Source: a phage
Sequence record: PZ618369.1
Direction: 5' to 3' (one strand)
Length of the DNA stretch: 39,474 nt
Below, piece by piece: positions 7,149 through 17,133 of this stretch; the stretch's first letter is position 1; each line of letters begins with the position of its first letter. The notes beneath the pieces were generated by a model. It had not been told where the DNA came from. It did not search any database and saw only the letters and a program-made list of their open reading frames with translations. A program made the position numbers and the translations under genes.

Positions 7149-7190
7149 AGACTCAAGGTCATGACTAAAGTCGTGGCCTTCATGATTAAC
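7148..7190 (+). promoter_or_regulatory. conserved hairpin element AGACTCAAGGTCAT...GTGGCCTT(C/T)ATG, candidate RNase III site
   Basis: stem AAGGTCA/TGGCCTT with one G-U pair; the same element recurs at 14217 and 36872; resembles the AAGGTC...GTGGCCTTAGTCAT motif of T7 RNase III sites as recalled. Confidence 0.5.
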
Positions 7191-7220
7191 CCTAACGTAA
7201 ACTACTGGAGATTCAACCAT

Positions 7221-7400
7221 ATGTATCAGAACACTATCAACTTCGAGCGCATCCGTGAACGTCAGAAGACTGAAGGTTATATTCCGAAGGGACGCAAGCT
7301 GAACAAGACCAAGCGTGGCGGTGGTGTCAAGGGAGCTTTCCGTAATGCTGAGGGTAAAGACTCTCTGGTAAACCAAGAGAAGTATTTCGTAGGAGCGTAA
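7221..7400 (+). CDS. 1.1: gp1.1-like small basic protein (59 aa)
   Basis: KGRKLNKTKR matches recalled T7 gp1.1 (TKGRKLNKTKRDRSHKR); start taken at the ATG downstream of the hairpin rather than the ORF-track start at 7161. Confidence 0.6.
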   Translation: MYQNTINFERIRERQKTEGYIPKGRKLNKTKRGGGVKGAFRNAEGKDSLVNQEKYFVGA

Positions 7401-7402
7401 AC

Positions 7403-7690
7403 ATGAGCATGTTCTCAAGAGCGCATAGCGGCAACCTGAACACTCTTCGTACAGCCATCCACAACTGGCAGACCGAGACGGACTACAATGCAGAGGTCAG
7501 CACTTGGTTTGACCAAGTGATGCACAGGACTTGTATCAAAGCTGTAATAGTCCACGTTCACACACGAGAGGTCCTCATTGAGAAGGACTTCACGGAGTAC
7601 CCGAATATCCACGACGAAGATGTGCAGACCGTAGCGGTTGCCACTTGGTTTAACAAACAGTTCAACGACTACACTGGTCGATTCCTTTAA
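7403..7690 (+). CDS. 1.2: gp1.2-like protein (putative host dGTPase inhibitor)
   Basis: position immediately before the ligase gene; N-terminal HSGNL resembles T7 gp1.2 YSGNL (weak). Confidence 0.6.
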   Translation: MSMFSRAHSGNLNTLRTAIHNWQTETDYNAEVSTWFDQVMHRTCIKAVIVHVHTREVLIEKDFTEYPNIHDEDVQTVAVATWFNKQFNDYTGRFL

Positions 7691-7707
7691 TTCTGGAGAC
7701 ATTAACG

Positions 7708-8793
7708 ATGATAACTATTAAAACTAACCCGCACCGCGCTGTAGATTACTCTGAGTCTGGCGTTAAGAAGGCTCTGGAAGCTGCCGGGTCGCTGGAAGCT
7801 GAAGTGAAGTACGATGGTGTCCGGTTGAATCTTCTGGTCTTCCCTACTGGTGAGACTCAATGGTTGAGTCGTGAGTCTAAACCTCTCCCAGCTCTTGAGT
7901 GGCTGTCAGTCCTTACCAACATCGACAACATCGTTGATGACCAGCAAAAAGCTAGCGACTGGCGGTGGTTCCTTAAGCAGGCGGGCTACGAAGGCATGGG
8001 CCTGATGATTGATGGTGAGGTCATGGTTCCTGCAACCGACTTCAACACTTCCTCAGGTCTAGTCCGTACCATGTGGTCAGACACTAAGAACTACGCTTGG
8101 AATGGCAACCCAGATGCTGACATCGACACCAAGAAGAAGCATAAGGTCCCTTTCCATCTGGCAACCGACCACATCCGCGTGGTTGTCTACGGTATCGTTG
8201 ACCTTAACGTCATCAACGACCCGAAAGCCGAAGGTCCTATCCATAGCGTCACACGCCTGAAGGCCGAAGCTATCGTCCCTCTCCTCCAGAAATACTTCCC
8301 GGAAATCGACTGGGTTCTGTCTGAGTCACACACGGTCTATGACCTTGAGTCGCTCAACTCCCTGTACGAAGAGAAGCGTCTGGAAGGACACGAGGGTCTG
8401 GTAGTCAAGGACCCACTGGGTAAATACAAGCGTGGCAAGAAGTCAGGAATGTGGAAGATGAAGCCTGAGGAGACCATCGACGGGACCGTATGTGGCCTCG
8501 TGTGGGGGACTCCTGGTAAGGCCAACGAAGGCAAGGTCATTGGCTTTGAGGTACTGCTGGAGGACGGCATGGTAGTGAATGCGTGCGGACTGACTGAGGA
8601 GCAGAAGGATGAGTTCACCGCTTCCGTTCTAAACTGGCGTAAGGGGTTATGCTCAAGCACTATTTATGGAAACCCGTTTGCGGGTAATCAGGTGGAAGTC
8701 CTATTCATGGAGCGCTTCCCTGATGGCTCCCTTCGTCATCCCAGCTTCAAGTGCTGGCGTGGAACGGAAGACAATCCAACCGTTAAGAGCTAA
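7708..8793 (+). CDS. 1.3: ATP-dependent DNA ligase (361 aa)
   Basis: KYDGVR adenylation motif; EGHEGLVVKDP, KRGKKSGMWKMKPE and DGSLRHPSF match recalled T7 ligase. Confidence 0.95.
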   Translation: MITIKTNPHRAVDYSESGVKKALEAAGSLEAEVKYDGVRLNLLVFPTGETQWLSRESKPLPALEWLSVLTNIDNIVDDQQKASDWRWFLKQAGYEGMGLMIDGEVMVPATDFNTSSGLVRTMWSDTKNYAWNGNPDADIDTKKKHKVPFHLATDHIRVVVYGIVDLNVINDPKAEGPIHSVTRLKAEAIVPLLQKYFPEIDWVLSESHTVYDLESLNSLYEEKRLEGHEGLVVKDPLGKYKRGKKSGMWKMKPEETIDGTVCGLVWGTPGKANEGKVIGFEVLLEDGMVVNACGLTEEQKDEFTASVLNWRKGLCSSTIYGNPFAGNQVEVLFMERFPDGSLRHPSFKCWRGTEDNPTVKS

Positions 8794-8804
8794 CTAAACG
8801 TCAA

Positions 8805-8840
8805 CCCAGTGGTCTTCGGACTGCTGGGTTTCTTTGCGTT
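8805..8840 (+). terminator. intrinsic terminator (early terminator TE equivalent)
   Basis: CCCAGTGGTC-TTCG-GACTGCTGGG, a 10-bp stem with two G-U pairs and a UUCG loop, followed by TTTCTTTGCGTTT; located just after the ligase gene as TE is in T7. Confidence 0.7.
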
Positions 8841-8859
8841 TGGGGATCCAGCCTGACCC

Positions 8860-8878
8860 TAATTTATCACTATAGGAC
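8860..8878 (+). promoter_or_regulatory. phage RNAP promoter variant (TAATTTATCACTATAGGA)
   Basis: differs from consensus at two upstream positions. Confidence 0.55.
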
Positions 8879-8908
8879 AACCATAACTTCGACCTAAGGA
8901 GGCCGACC

Positions 8909-9169
8909 ATGTTTAAGAACTTAATGTTCAACCGTTATTCCAATACCTTCCACCTGTCCAACAACCCGTTCGCTTGCATTAAGCGTAACGAGAAGCTGGG
9001 CTACTTCGGGAAGGCCGTTAAGCTGTCACCTACAGTCTACGCTCTTATTACTCCCGGCAAAGCTGAAGAGGCTCGCCAGAAGCGTGAGACCAACGTACCT
9101 GTGGTCTACACTAAGTGGCCTCGAGTTCGTCTGTTCGTTGAGTTCGTGAAGGAGGTGGTCAATGATTAA
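8909..9169 (+). CDS. hypothetical protein at gene 1.6 position (86 aa)
   Basis: ORF track; synteny only. Confidence 0.6.
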   Translation: MFKNLMFNRYSNTFHLSNNPFACIKRNEKLGYFGKAVKLSPTVYALITPGKAEEARQKRETNVPVVYTKWPRVRLFVEFVKEVVND

Positions 9170-9611
9170 CCATAAACCAACTGCTGCCCAAGAACTTCTG
9201 GAACTTAACTTTAACGTAAGAGACGAAGCTAGCTGCGGTAAGGGGATAATCTGCAAGGGACTATCATGTGATCGATGTCCAATGGTAGGTCAGCTGTCAG
9301 GTGATGGAGAGTACAAGACCCTTCGTGACTTACGGGCCTCTGTGGGAACAGTGGGAACGTGCAGCGAAGACGATGGTGTACGCAAGCCTCCCCACTATCA
9401 GGTCTTTGACGGTGTGGAATCCATTGAGATTATCGCTCGGTCTATGACTGTCAGCGAGTTCCGTGGTTTCTGCATGGGCAACGTCCTGAAGTATCGACTA
9501 CGAGCTGGTAAGAAGTCAGAGCTGGCGACTATGGAGAAGGACCTGAACAAAGCAACCTTCTATCAGGAGCTGTTCGACCTACATAAAGGTAAGTGCTATG
9601 CTGCCGAGTGA
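9162..9611 (+). CDS. 1.7: gp1.7-like nucleotide kinase (149 aa)
   Basis: C-terminal PHYQVFDGVESIEIIARSMTVSEFRGFCMGNVLKYRLRAGKKSELA matches recalled T7 gp1.7 (PSHYMLFDDIEAIEVIARSMTVEQFKGYCFGNILKYRLRAGKKSELA); N-terminus shorter than T7. Confidence 0.8.
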   Translation: MINHKPTAAQELLELNFNVRDEASCGKGIICKGLSCDRCPMVGQLSGDGEYKTLRDLRASVGTVGTCSEDDGVRKPPHYQVFDGVESIEIIARSMTVSEFRGFCMGNVLKYRLRAGKKSELATMEKDLNKATFYQELFDLHKGKCYAAE

Positions 9612-9693
9612 GTGGTGCCGGGAGATGTACGAGAAGACTCTCAACCCGGACTACATTACGTTATACAACCAATGGAAGGAGCGCGGTTTGTGA
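9598..9693 (+). CDS. possible gp1.8-like small protein (31 aa)
   Basis: hand translation [31 protein letters not shown]; overlaps neighbouring genes at both ends. Confidence 0.3.
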   Translation: MLPSEWCREMYEKTLNPDYITLYNQWKERGL

Positions 9694-9848
9694 CTGAGGT
9701 TGAGAAGAAATACATCGTGGAGCTTGAGGGTCGAGTTCAGTCCTTCGAGGTTCCGGTGTACGCAAAGTCTCTTGAAGAGGCTACCCTGAAGTCCCAAGAG
9801 TATGAGGACGCTGGGTTTGTGGTCGGACGGATTCGTCCTGAGACCTAA
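9690..9848 (+). CDS. 2: gp2-like host RNA polymerase inhibitor
   Basis: [15 protein letters not shown]...GFVVGRIRP matches recalled T7 gp2 (HSFEVPIYAETLDEA...GFEVTRVRP); GTG start 8 nt after AAGGAG, alternative ATG at 9672. Confidence 0.7.
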   Translation: MTEVEKKYIVELEGRVQSFEVPVYAKSLEEATLKSQEYEDAGFVVGRIRPET

Positions 9849-9866
9849 ACTATCACTGTAGGGCAG
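9846..9866 (+). promoter_or_regulatory. phage RNAP promoter variant (TAAACTATCACTGTAGGG)
   Basis: A to G change at -3; phi2.5 position. Confidence 0.55.
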
Positions 9867-9905
9867 ACGTCCAGTTAGTAACTTTAAATTAGGAGATTTA
9901 CACCA

Positions 9906-10604
9906 ATGGCTAAAGAGCAACTGAAGACTTTCACCACTCCGGTAGCTGGTATCGTTGAGCCTTACGCATGGCTAAACAAAGCAGACACCAAGTTTAACGA
10001 TCGTGGTGAGCACAAAGTCAACCTGACATTCGACCTGAGCAACCCGAAGGTCCGTAAGATGATTGATGTCTTACAGAAGATTCATGACGATGCGTATGCG
10101 AAAGCACTCGCAGACCACGAGAAGAACCCACCTCAGGTTCAGCGTGGCAAGAAGCCTATTGAACCACGAGAAGGCGACATGCCGTGGATTGAGAATGGTG
10201 ATGGTACTGTTACCCTGAAGTTTAAATGCTTTGCGTCTTACCTGAAGGATGGTAAGTCAGAGCCTATCGTATTACGGTTCTACGACACCGATGCTAAGTT
10301 AATCCGTGACGTCCCGAATATTGGTGCTGGCTCCAAACTGAAGGTCAAGTTTAAAGTCCTGCCGTTCAAGTGGAACGCTGCTACTGGTGCAAGCGTTAAG
10401 CTGCAGCTTGAGTCCTGCCTTCTGGTAGAGCTGAAGGAATGGAAAGGTGATGGTGCTGGTGGAGATGGTGGCTGGGGTGATGATGAAGACCTAGGCACTG
10501 GATACAAAGCGTCAACCGATGGTGACTTCGGTGACGATGACTTCGGTGACGATGGTTCCGAAGGCAGTGACGACTCCAACTCTGGTGGCGATTACGACTT
10601 CTAA
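9906..10604 (+). CDS. 2.5: single-stranded DNA-binding protein gp2.5 (232 aa)
   Basis: RGKKPIEPREGDMPW, GAGSKLKVKFKVLPFKWNAATGASVKLQLES and acidic C-terminus ending DF match recalled T7 gp2.5. Confidence 0.92.
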   Translation: MAKEQLKTFTTPVAGIVEPYAWLNKADTKFNDRGEHKVNLTFDLSNPKVRKMIDVLQKIHDDAYAKALADHEKNPPQVQRGKKPIEPREGDMPWIENGDGTVTLKFKCFASYLKDGKSEPIVLRFYDTDAKLIRDVPNIGAGSKLKVKFKVLPFKWNAATGASVKLQLESCLLVELKEWKGDGAGGDGGWGDDEDLGTGYKASTDGDFGDDDFGDDGSEGSDDSNSGGDYDF

Positions 10605-11056
10605 TGGCCCAATGGTCTGCAAAACGGGGGCACTCTGTGGGTGCCTACCGCTCTGGACTTGAAGCCAAGAACCAGCAGTGGCTGGAACAGAACGGCGTCA
10701 AAGCGGAGTACGAAAGCCATTATATCAACTATGTGATTCCGGCTTCCGACCACAAGTACACACCAGATTTTATCCTTCCTAACGGTATCATCGTGGAGAC
10801 CAAAGGTATCTTCGACAGCGATGACCGTAAGAAGCACCTTCTGGTACGAGAACAGCACCCAGAGTTAGACATCCGGTTCGTGTTCTCAAGTTCACGCTCC
10901 AAGCTATACAAAGGGTCCCCGACCACGTATGGCGCATGGTGCGAAAAGAACGGCTTTAAGTTTGCCGATAAGTTCATCCCGGTTGAGTGGCTGCGAGAGG
11001 CGACTGTACGTCTGCCTTCCGGTATCCTCATCCCCAAGAAAGGAGTTAAGAAATGA
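10604..11056 (+). CDS. 3: endonuclease I (Holliday junction resolvase)
   Basis: YTPDFILPNGIIVETKGIFDSDDRKKHLLVREQHPELDIRFVFSSSRSKLYKGSPTTYG closely matches recalled T7 gp3. Confidence 0.92.
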   Translation: MAQWSAKRGHSVGAYRSGLEAKNQQWLEQNGVKAEYESHYINYVIPASDHKYTPDFILPNGIIVETKGIFDSDDRKKHLLVREQHPELDIRFVFSSSRSKLYKGSPTTYGAWCEKNGFKFADKFIPVEWLREATVRLPSGILIPKKGVKK

Positions 11057-11505
11057 CTCGTAAAGCAATCATTGTCGACCTTACCAATGGCGGCGCTTAC
11101 ACTGATAACTTCAAGGAGGGCCAAGAGGTCTTCGTTAAGTTCTGCCGTAAGTCCCTATTCACACGAGATGGGGACCTGTGGCATGTGTCACATGACGGAG
11201 TTAAGTGGAGTGATACAATGTACGGTAAGCGCCTGAAGTTCGTGGACAGCCCTGCAAAACCTGAGGTAATCCTAGCTTCGAGCGTACAGCCTGTGACTGT
11301 GAAGCGTGAAGTCCTTACCATCGACAAGATTGGTGTAGGCCAGACGTTCATCGTCCACGGTAAACCTGAGGAAGTTTACGTTAAGATTAGCAACTCACAC
11401 GTCTTCAACCATAAGCGTCTCCAGATGCACACCACGGACGCACAACGCTTCACCCAGCACCTGAATCTGGTGGTCGTAGAATTGGTGGTGTACAATGGTA
11501 AGTAA
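11053..11505 (+). CDS. hypothetical protein (150 aa) inserted between genes 3 and 3.5
   Basis: ORF track; ATGA overlap with gene 3 and an 11-nt overlap with gene 3.5; no counterpart in T7 at this position. Confidence 0.6.
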   Translation: MTRKAIIVDLTNGGAYTDNFKEGQEVFVKFCRKSLFTRDGDLWHVSHDGVKWSDTMYGKRLKFVDSPAKPEVILASSVQPVTVKREVLTIDKIGVGQTFIVHGKPEEVYVKISNSHVFNHKRLQMHTTDAQRFTQHLNLVVVELVVYNGK

Positions 11506-11953
11506 GGTACAGTTCAACCCACGGTCCCGGACTGACGCTATCTTCGTTCACTGTTCGGCTACCAAGCCAGAGATGAACATCGGGGTAGAGACCATCCGTA
11601 TGTGGCACAAGCAGCAGGGCTGGCTGGACGTAGGCTACCACTTTATCATCAAGCGCGATGGTACTGTGGAAGAGGGTCGCCCGGTCAATGTCGTAGGGTC
11701 ACACGTTAAGGACTGGAACTCCAAGTCCGTAGGCGTCTGCCTTGTAGGTGGAATCAACGCTAAGGGTAAGTTTGAAGCTAACTTCACTCCAGCCCAGATG
11801 AACTCCCTGCGTAACAAGCTGGCTGACCTGAAGGCCCTGTATCCTCAGGCAGAAATCAAAGCACACCATGACGTAGCACCTAAGGCGTGTCCAAGTTTCG
11901 ACTTGCAACGCTGGCTGTCTACCAATGAACTGGTCACTTCCGACCATGGATAA
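11495..11953 (+). CDS. 3.5: N-acetylmuramoyl-L-alanine amidase (T7 lysozyme, RNAP inhibitor)
   Basis: TDAIFVHCSATKP...WLDVGYHFIIKRDGTVEEGR...HHDVAPKACPSFDL matches recalled T7 gp3.5. Confidence 0.95.
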   Translation: MVSKVQFNPRSRTDAIFVHCSATKPEMNIGVETIRMWHKQQGWLDVGYHFIIKRDGTVEEGRPVNVVGSHVKDWNSKSVGVCLVGGINAKGKFEANFTPAQMNSLRNKLADLKALYPQAEIKAHHDVAPKACPSFDLQRWLSTNELVTSDHG

Positions 11954-12038
11954 GATAGACTTTCTGCTTATCCTTCTGTTATCAGGAGCAATCACCTTCG
12001 TAGGATGGTGGTTCTTCCCTGAACACTTTGAACTTTAA
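11946..12038 (+). CDS. possible small membrane peptide (30 aa)
   Basis: hand translation MDKIDFLLILLLSGAITFVGWWFFPEHFEL; overlaps the end of gene 3.5; speculative. Confidence 0.25.
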   Translation: MDKIDFLLILLLSGAITFVGWWFFPEHFEL

Positions 12039-12052
12039 AGGAGAACAACTCA

Positions 12053-12268
12053 GTGATTAAACTTATTGAATTTCTTGGTCGTCTGGTGGTGCGTGGCTAT
12101 CGTCGTGCTGCGGTTATGGAACGAAAGGTAGCAGAGAAGGCTGCTGAAGGTGCGGCTGATGCTGCTGCTCTGGCTGACAAGCTGACCATCGAGTCACTGG
12201 AAGCTGGTATGAAGGCACGTCAAGCCGACACCAAAGCTGACCAGTTGGCTCAGTTCTTCAAAGCCTAA
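12053..12268 (+). CDS. hypothetical protein (71 aa, GTG start), Ala-rich C-terminal half
   Basis: ORF track; RBS AAGGAG upstream of GTG; stop lies inside the following promoter. Confidence 0.45.
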   Translation: MIKLIEFLGRLVVRGYRRAAVMERKVAEKAAEGAADAAALADKLTIESLEAGMKARQADTKADQLAQFFKA

Positions 12269-12285
12269 ACTATCACCTTAGGGAT
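12266..12285 (+). promoter_or_regulatory. phage RNAP promoter variant (TAAACTATCACCTTAGGGA)
   Basis: two changes at -4/-3; upstream of gene 4. Confidence 0.5.
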
Positions 12286-12333
12286 GGGACCATGAGTCCT
12301 GTCCCTTTGTTAGCATTTATGATTAAGGAGTGA

Positions 12334-14037
<1,704 letters not shown>

Positions 14038-14048
14038 GGAGGAATACA

Positions 14049-14213
14049 TTGCTAAGAAAACTTAAAGCTCGCTACCATCGGTTCATGTACAAATGGTGGA
14101 GCGATGAAGCAGCCTGCCTGTCTAACATTCTGGGAGACCAAAGGTTCGACTCTAAGGCATGGAAGAAAGCTAACCGGAAGTTTATGTATCACTTCTTGCG
14201 TACAGACTTCTAG
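14049..14213 (+). CDS. hypothetical small basic protein (gene 4.3-4.7 region), start uncertain
   Basis: in frame with ORF track 14016..14213; TTG 6 nt after AAGGAGG proposed as start. Confidence 0.35.
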   Translation: MLRKLKARYHRFMYKWWSDEAACLSNILGDQRFDSKAWKKANRKFMYHFLRTDF

Positions 14214-14216
14214 GTC

Positions 14217-14258
14217 TAGACTCAAGGTCATTCACATCGAGTGGCCTTTATGATTAGA
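14217..14258 (+). promoter_or_regulatory. conserved hairpin element, second copy (candidate RNase III site)
   Basis: TAGACTCAAGGTCATTCACATCGAGTGGCCTTTATGATTAGACT. Confidence 0.5.
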
Positions 14259-14277
14259 CTAAAGCGGAGGATTAACC

Positions 14278-16449
14278 ATGTTTGACCTTAAGAGTATCTG
14301 GGGTTCTGACATCGAGACCAACGGTCTCCTTGATACAGTCTCCCAGTTCCACTGTGGGGTCCTGATTAACGCCGAGTCGAATGAGACCCTTAAGTACGGG
14401 GTAGCTCCGATGGTCGGTATCGTCGGTGGCTTCAAAGAGTATGTTCATAAAGTGGAAGAGATTGCCGCATCACCTGATGGTATGCTTGTCTTCCATAACG
14501 GTATCAACTATGACGTCCCGGCTATAGACAAGCTGAAGCGTCTGTACTTTGGGAAACGTTTTAACTTCCCGAAACACAAGATGATTGATACCTTGGTGCT
14601 GGGCCGCTTGATGTATCCAAACATTAAGTTCTCAGACATAGGCGCGGTGAAAGCTGGTCATCTGTCACCTAATATGATGGGACGTCAGTCTCTTGAGGCT
14701 TGGGGTTATCGTCTCGGTGAGATGAAAGGTGAGTACAAACACGATTACGTTGCCAAGTGCAAGGCTGAAGGTATCGAATATAAGGCCGGGGACGAATGGC
14801 TGTTCCCGTCTCAGGAGATGCTGGACTATAACGTTCAAGACGTTGTGGTCACACTGGCGTTGTTCAAGAAGTTCCTGACTGACAAGTATTACTTCCAGTC
14901 TGAACAGTTCGCTTTCGACCAGATTTATGCGTTGCGTCTGGAACATGATGCTGCGTGGACCTGTGCGAAGATGGAACGTAACGGCTATCCGATGAACACC
15001 GAGATGGTCGAAGGCTTATATCGTGAACTCACCGTCAAACGTGCAGAGCTGCTGGACAAGCTGCGTTCGACTTTCGGTAGCTGGTACGCACCAAAGGGAG
15101 GCAAGGAGTTCTTCAAGCACCCCCGGACAGGCAAGGACCTTCCGAAGTATCCGAGAGTCGTGTATCCTAAGGTAGGGTCAGTATTCAAGAAGCCGAAGAA
15201 CAAAGCTCAACGCTTAGGTCTGGAGCCTTGCGAGTTCGACTCACGAGACATGATGGAGGGAGCACCGTTCACACCTATCACTTACGTTGAGTTCAATCCG
15301 GGGAGCGGAGACCACTTAGCGAAAGTCTTGATGGAGCGTGGCTGGGAGCCTGTAGACTTCACTGACACCGGGAAACCTGTAGTCGATGACGAGACGTTAG
15401 AACACGTTAAGCTACCAGACGCAGAGGCTCAGGCTTGCGTAGAGCTAGTTCGTGAGTATCTGGTAGTCCAGAAGCGCATCGGTCAGGCGGCTGAAGGTAA
15501 GAACGCATGGTTGAAACTTGTAGGTACAGACGGACGTATGCACGGTTCAATCAACCCATGCGGGGCAGTAACCGGACGTGCGACTCACAGTTCACCAAAC
15601 ATGGCTCAGGTCCCTGCTAACGGTGCTCCGTATGGTGAGATTTGCCGTGGAGCTTTCGGTGCAGCTTGGAACAAGACTAACGGTGAGCCAGACCCTTGGA
15701 TTCAGGTTGGTGTGGATGCTTCAGGTCTTGAGCTGCGCTGTCTGGGGAACAGAGCGGCTCCGTTTGATGGTGGAGACTATGCGAAGACTGTGGTCGAAGG
15801 TGACATCCACTGGGCCAACGCAGTAAACGCTGGGTTAGCACCTAACGTCCCACGCGATAAGTCTAACCATGACCATGATGCTTTCCGTAACAACGCTAAG
15901 ACGTTCATCTATGCGTTCCTGTATGGTGCAGGGGCCGCTAAGATTGGACTGATAGTTGGCGGTGGTAAGAAGGAAGGTGCTGCCCTGATGAAGAAATTCA
16001 TTGAGGGTACACCAGCTATCAAGGATCTGCGAGAGGCTGTGCAGAACACGCTCATCTCAGAGTCCAAATGGGTAGACGGTGAGAACATAGTGAAGTGGAA
16101 ACGTCGATGGCTGAAAGGTCTGGACGGTCGCCGCATTCACATCCGGTCGCCACACTCAGCACTTAACGCTCTACTTCAGGGTGATGGTGCGGTTGTCTGT
16201 AAGCACTGGATTGTCGAGACCGAGCGTATGCTCGAAGAGGCAGGGTATGTCCACGGCTGGGAAGGAGACTTCGCGTACATGGCTTGGGTTCACGATGAGC
16301 TACAGATTGCGTGTCGTACTCAGGAGATTGCCGAAGAAGTCGTCAAGATTGCTCAACTTGCTATGCGTAAGGTGGGTGAGTTCTATAACTTTAAATGTGT
16401 CCTTGATACCGAAGGTAAGATTGGACCAACGTGGAAGGAGTGTCACTAA
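14278..16449 (+). CDS. 5: DNA polymerase (723 aa)
   Basis: exo motif DIETNGL, YDVPA, pol motifs DASGLELR, KTFIYAFLYGAG and MAWVHDE; collinear with recalled T7 gp5. Confidence 0.97.
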   Translation: MFDLKSIWGSDIETNGLLDTVSQFHCGVLINAESNETLKYGVAPMVGIVGGFKEYVHKVEEIAASPDGMLVFHNGINYDVPAIDKLKRLYFGKRFNFPKHKMIDTLVLGRLMYPNIKFSDIGAVKAGHLSPNMMGRQSLEAWGYRLGEMKGEYKHDYVAKCKAEGIEYKAGDEWLFPSQEMLDYNVQDVVVTLALFKKFLTDKYYFQSEQFAFDQIYALRLEHDAAWTCAKMERNGYPMNTEMVEGLYRELTVKRAELLDKLRSTFGSWYAPKGGKEFFKHPRTGKDLPKYPRVVYPKVGSVFKKPKNKAQRLGLEPCEFDSRDMMEGAPFTPITYVEFNPGSGDHLAKVLMERGWEPVDFTDTGKPVVDDETLEHVKLPDAEAQACVELVREYLVVQKRIGQAAEGKNAWLKLVGTDGRMHGSINPCGAVTGRATHSSPNMAQVPANGAPYGEICRGAFGAAWNKTNGEPDPWIQVGVDASGLELRCLGNRAAPFDGGDYAKTVVEGDIHWANAVNAGLAPNVPRDKSNHDHDAFRNNAKTFIYAFLYGAGAAKIGLIVGGGKKEGAALMKKFIEGTPAIKDLREAVQNTLISESKWVDGENIVKWKRRWLKGLDGRRIHIRSPHSALNALLQGDGAVVCKHWIVETERMLEEAGYVHGWEGDFAYMAWVHDELQIACRTQEIAEEVVKIAQLAMRKVGEFYNFKCVLDTEGKIGPTWKECH

Positions 16450-16637
16450 TGGGCCATTATGACATCGCATACGAAGAGTTCGCTGAAGAAACACGCAGGC
16501 GTGAAGAGCTACGTCAGTCGCGGTGCGAACATCCAGATTGGGTACTTGTCTACTGCACGCAGGATGGCAAGCCAAAAGTAACTCAGTGCAGACTGTGTGG
16601 AAAGACCAATCACATTGAATCAAAAGGAGAAATCTAA
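16449..16637 (+). CDS. small Cys-containing protein (62 aa), possible zinc ribbon
   Basis: ATG overlaps gene 5 stop; AAGGAG RBS; contains CEH...C...CRLCGK. Confidence 0.45.
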   Translation: MGHYDIAYEEFAEETRRREELRQSRCEHPDWVLVYCTQDGKPKVTQCRLCGKTNHIESKGEI

Positions 16638-16927
16638 TGGCTATGACCAAACGTATGCGAGTTTCGTTCTCGCTGGGTGCTGTGTTGTCAACTGAAAACG
16701 TGGAGAACTTCAAGAAGACTCTCTGCGAGCTGAGCCGTAAGGTCCTCAACGGAGAGAAGACCACTGGTTTTGAGCGTAAGGCGGTAGAGGTTGGTGTGAC
16801 TGAAGGCCTGGAAGCTGTAGTCGAACTGGTTTTCAAGAAAGGCATCGTAGATGGGCTGAAAGAAGACCTGAGCAGTTACGCTGACCAGACGAGCTTTGGT
16901 AACTTCCGGGTGGAGTTCAAGCAATGA
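16637..16927 (+). CDS. 5.5: gp5.5-like protein (H-NS-binding in T7)
   Basis: N-terminal MAMTKRMRVSF matches recalled T7 gp5.5 MAMTKKFKVSF; size 96 aa. Confidence 0.8.
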   Translation: MAMTKRMRVSFSLGAVLSTENVENFKKTLCELSRKVLNGEKTTGFERKAVEVGVTEGLEAVVELVFKKGIVDGLKEDLSSYADQTSFGNFRVEFKQ

Positions 16928-17133
16928 GTGAATACTTACGGGTCCTAGCGGCCCTTAAGTCCTGCCCGAAGACCTTTCAGTCAAACTATGTGCGCAACAA
17001 CGCTGCACTTGTTGCTGAGGCTGCGAGTCGTGGACATCTAAGCTGCCTGTCTATGGATGGGCGTAACAACGGTGCGTGGGAAATTACGTCTGCTGGCACC
17101 AAGTTCCTAAATCAACATGGAGGCTGTCTATGA
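16924..17133 (+). CDS. 5.7: gp5.7-like protein (69 aa)
   Basis: MSEYLRVLAALKSCPKTFQSNYVRNNAALVAEAASRGH matches recalled T7 gp5.7 almost residue for residue. Confidence 0.85.
   Translation: MSEYLRVLAALKSCPKTFQSNYVRNNAALVAEAASRGHLSCLSMDGRNNGAWEITSAGTKFLNQHGGCL

Noticed and set aside
7161-7220. ORF-track start at 7161 for the gp1.1-like gene
   Set aside because: That ATG lies inside the conserved hairpin element; the downstream ATG at 7221 gives a product aligning with the T7 gp1.1 N-terminus, so the upstream extension is probably untranslated.
16300-16845. 181-aa minus-strand ORF spanning the gene 5 / 5.5 junction
   Set aside because: Antisense to well-supported genes, no translation signals, low-complexity Ser/Thr/Leu-rich translation; judged spurious.
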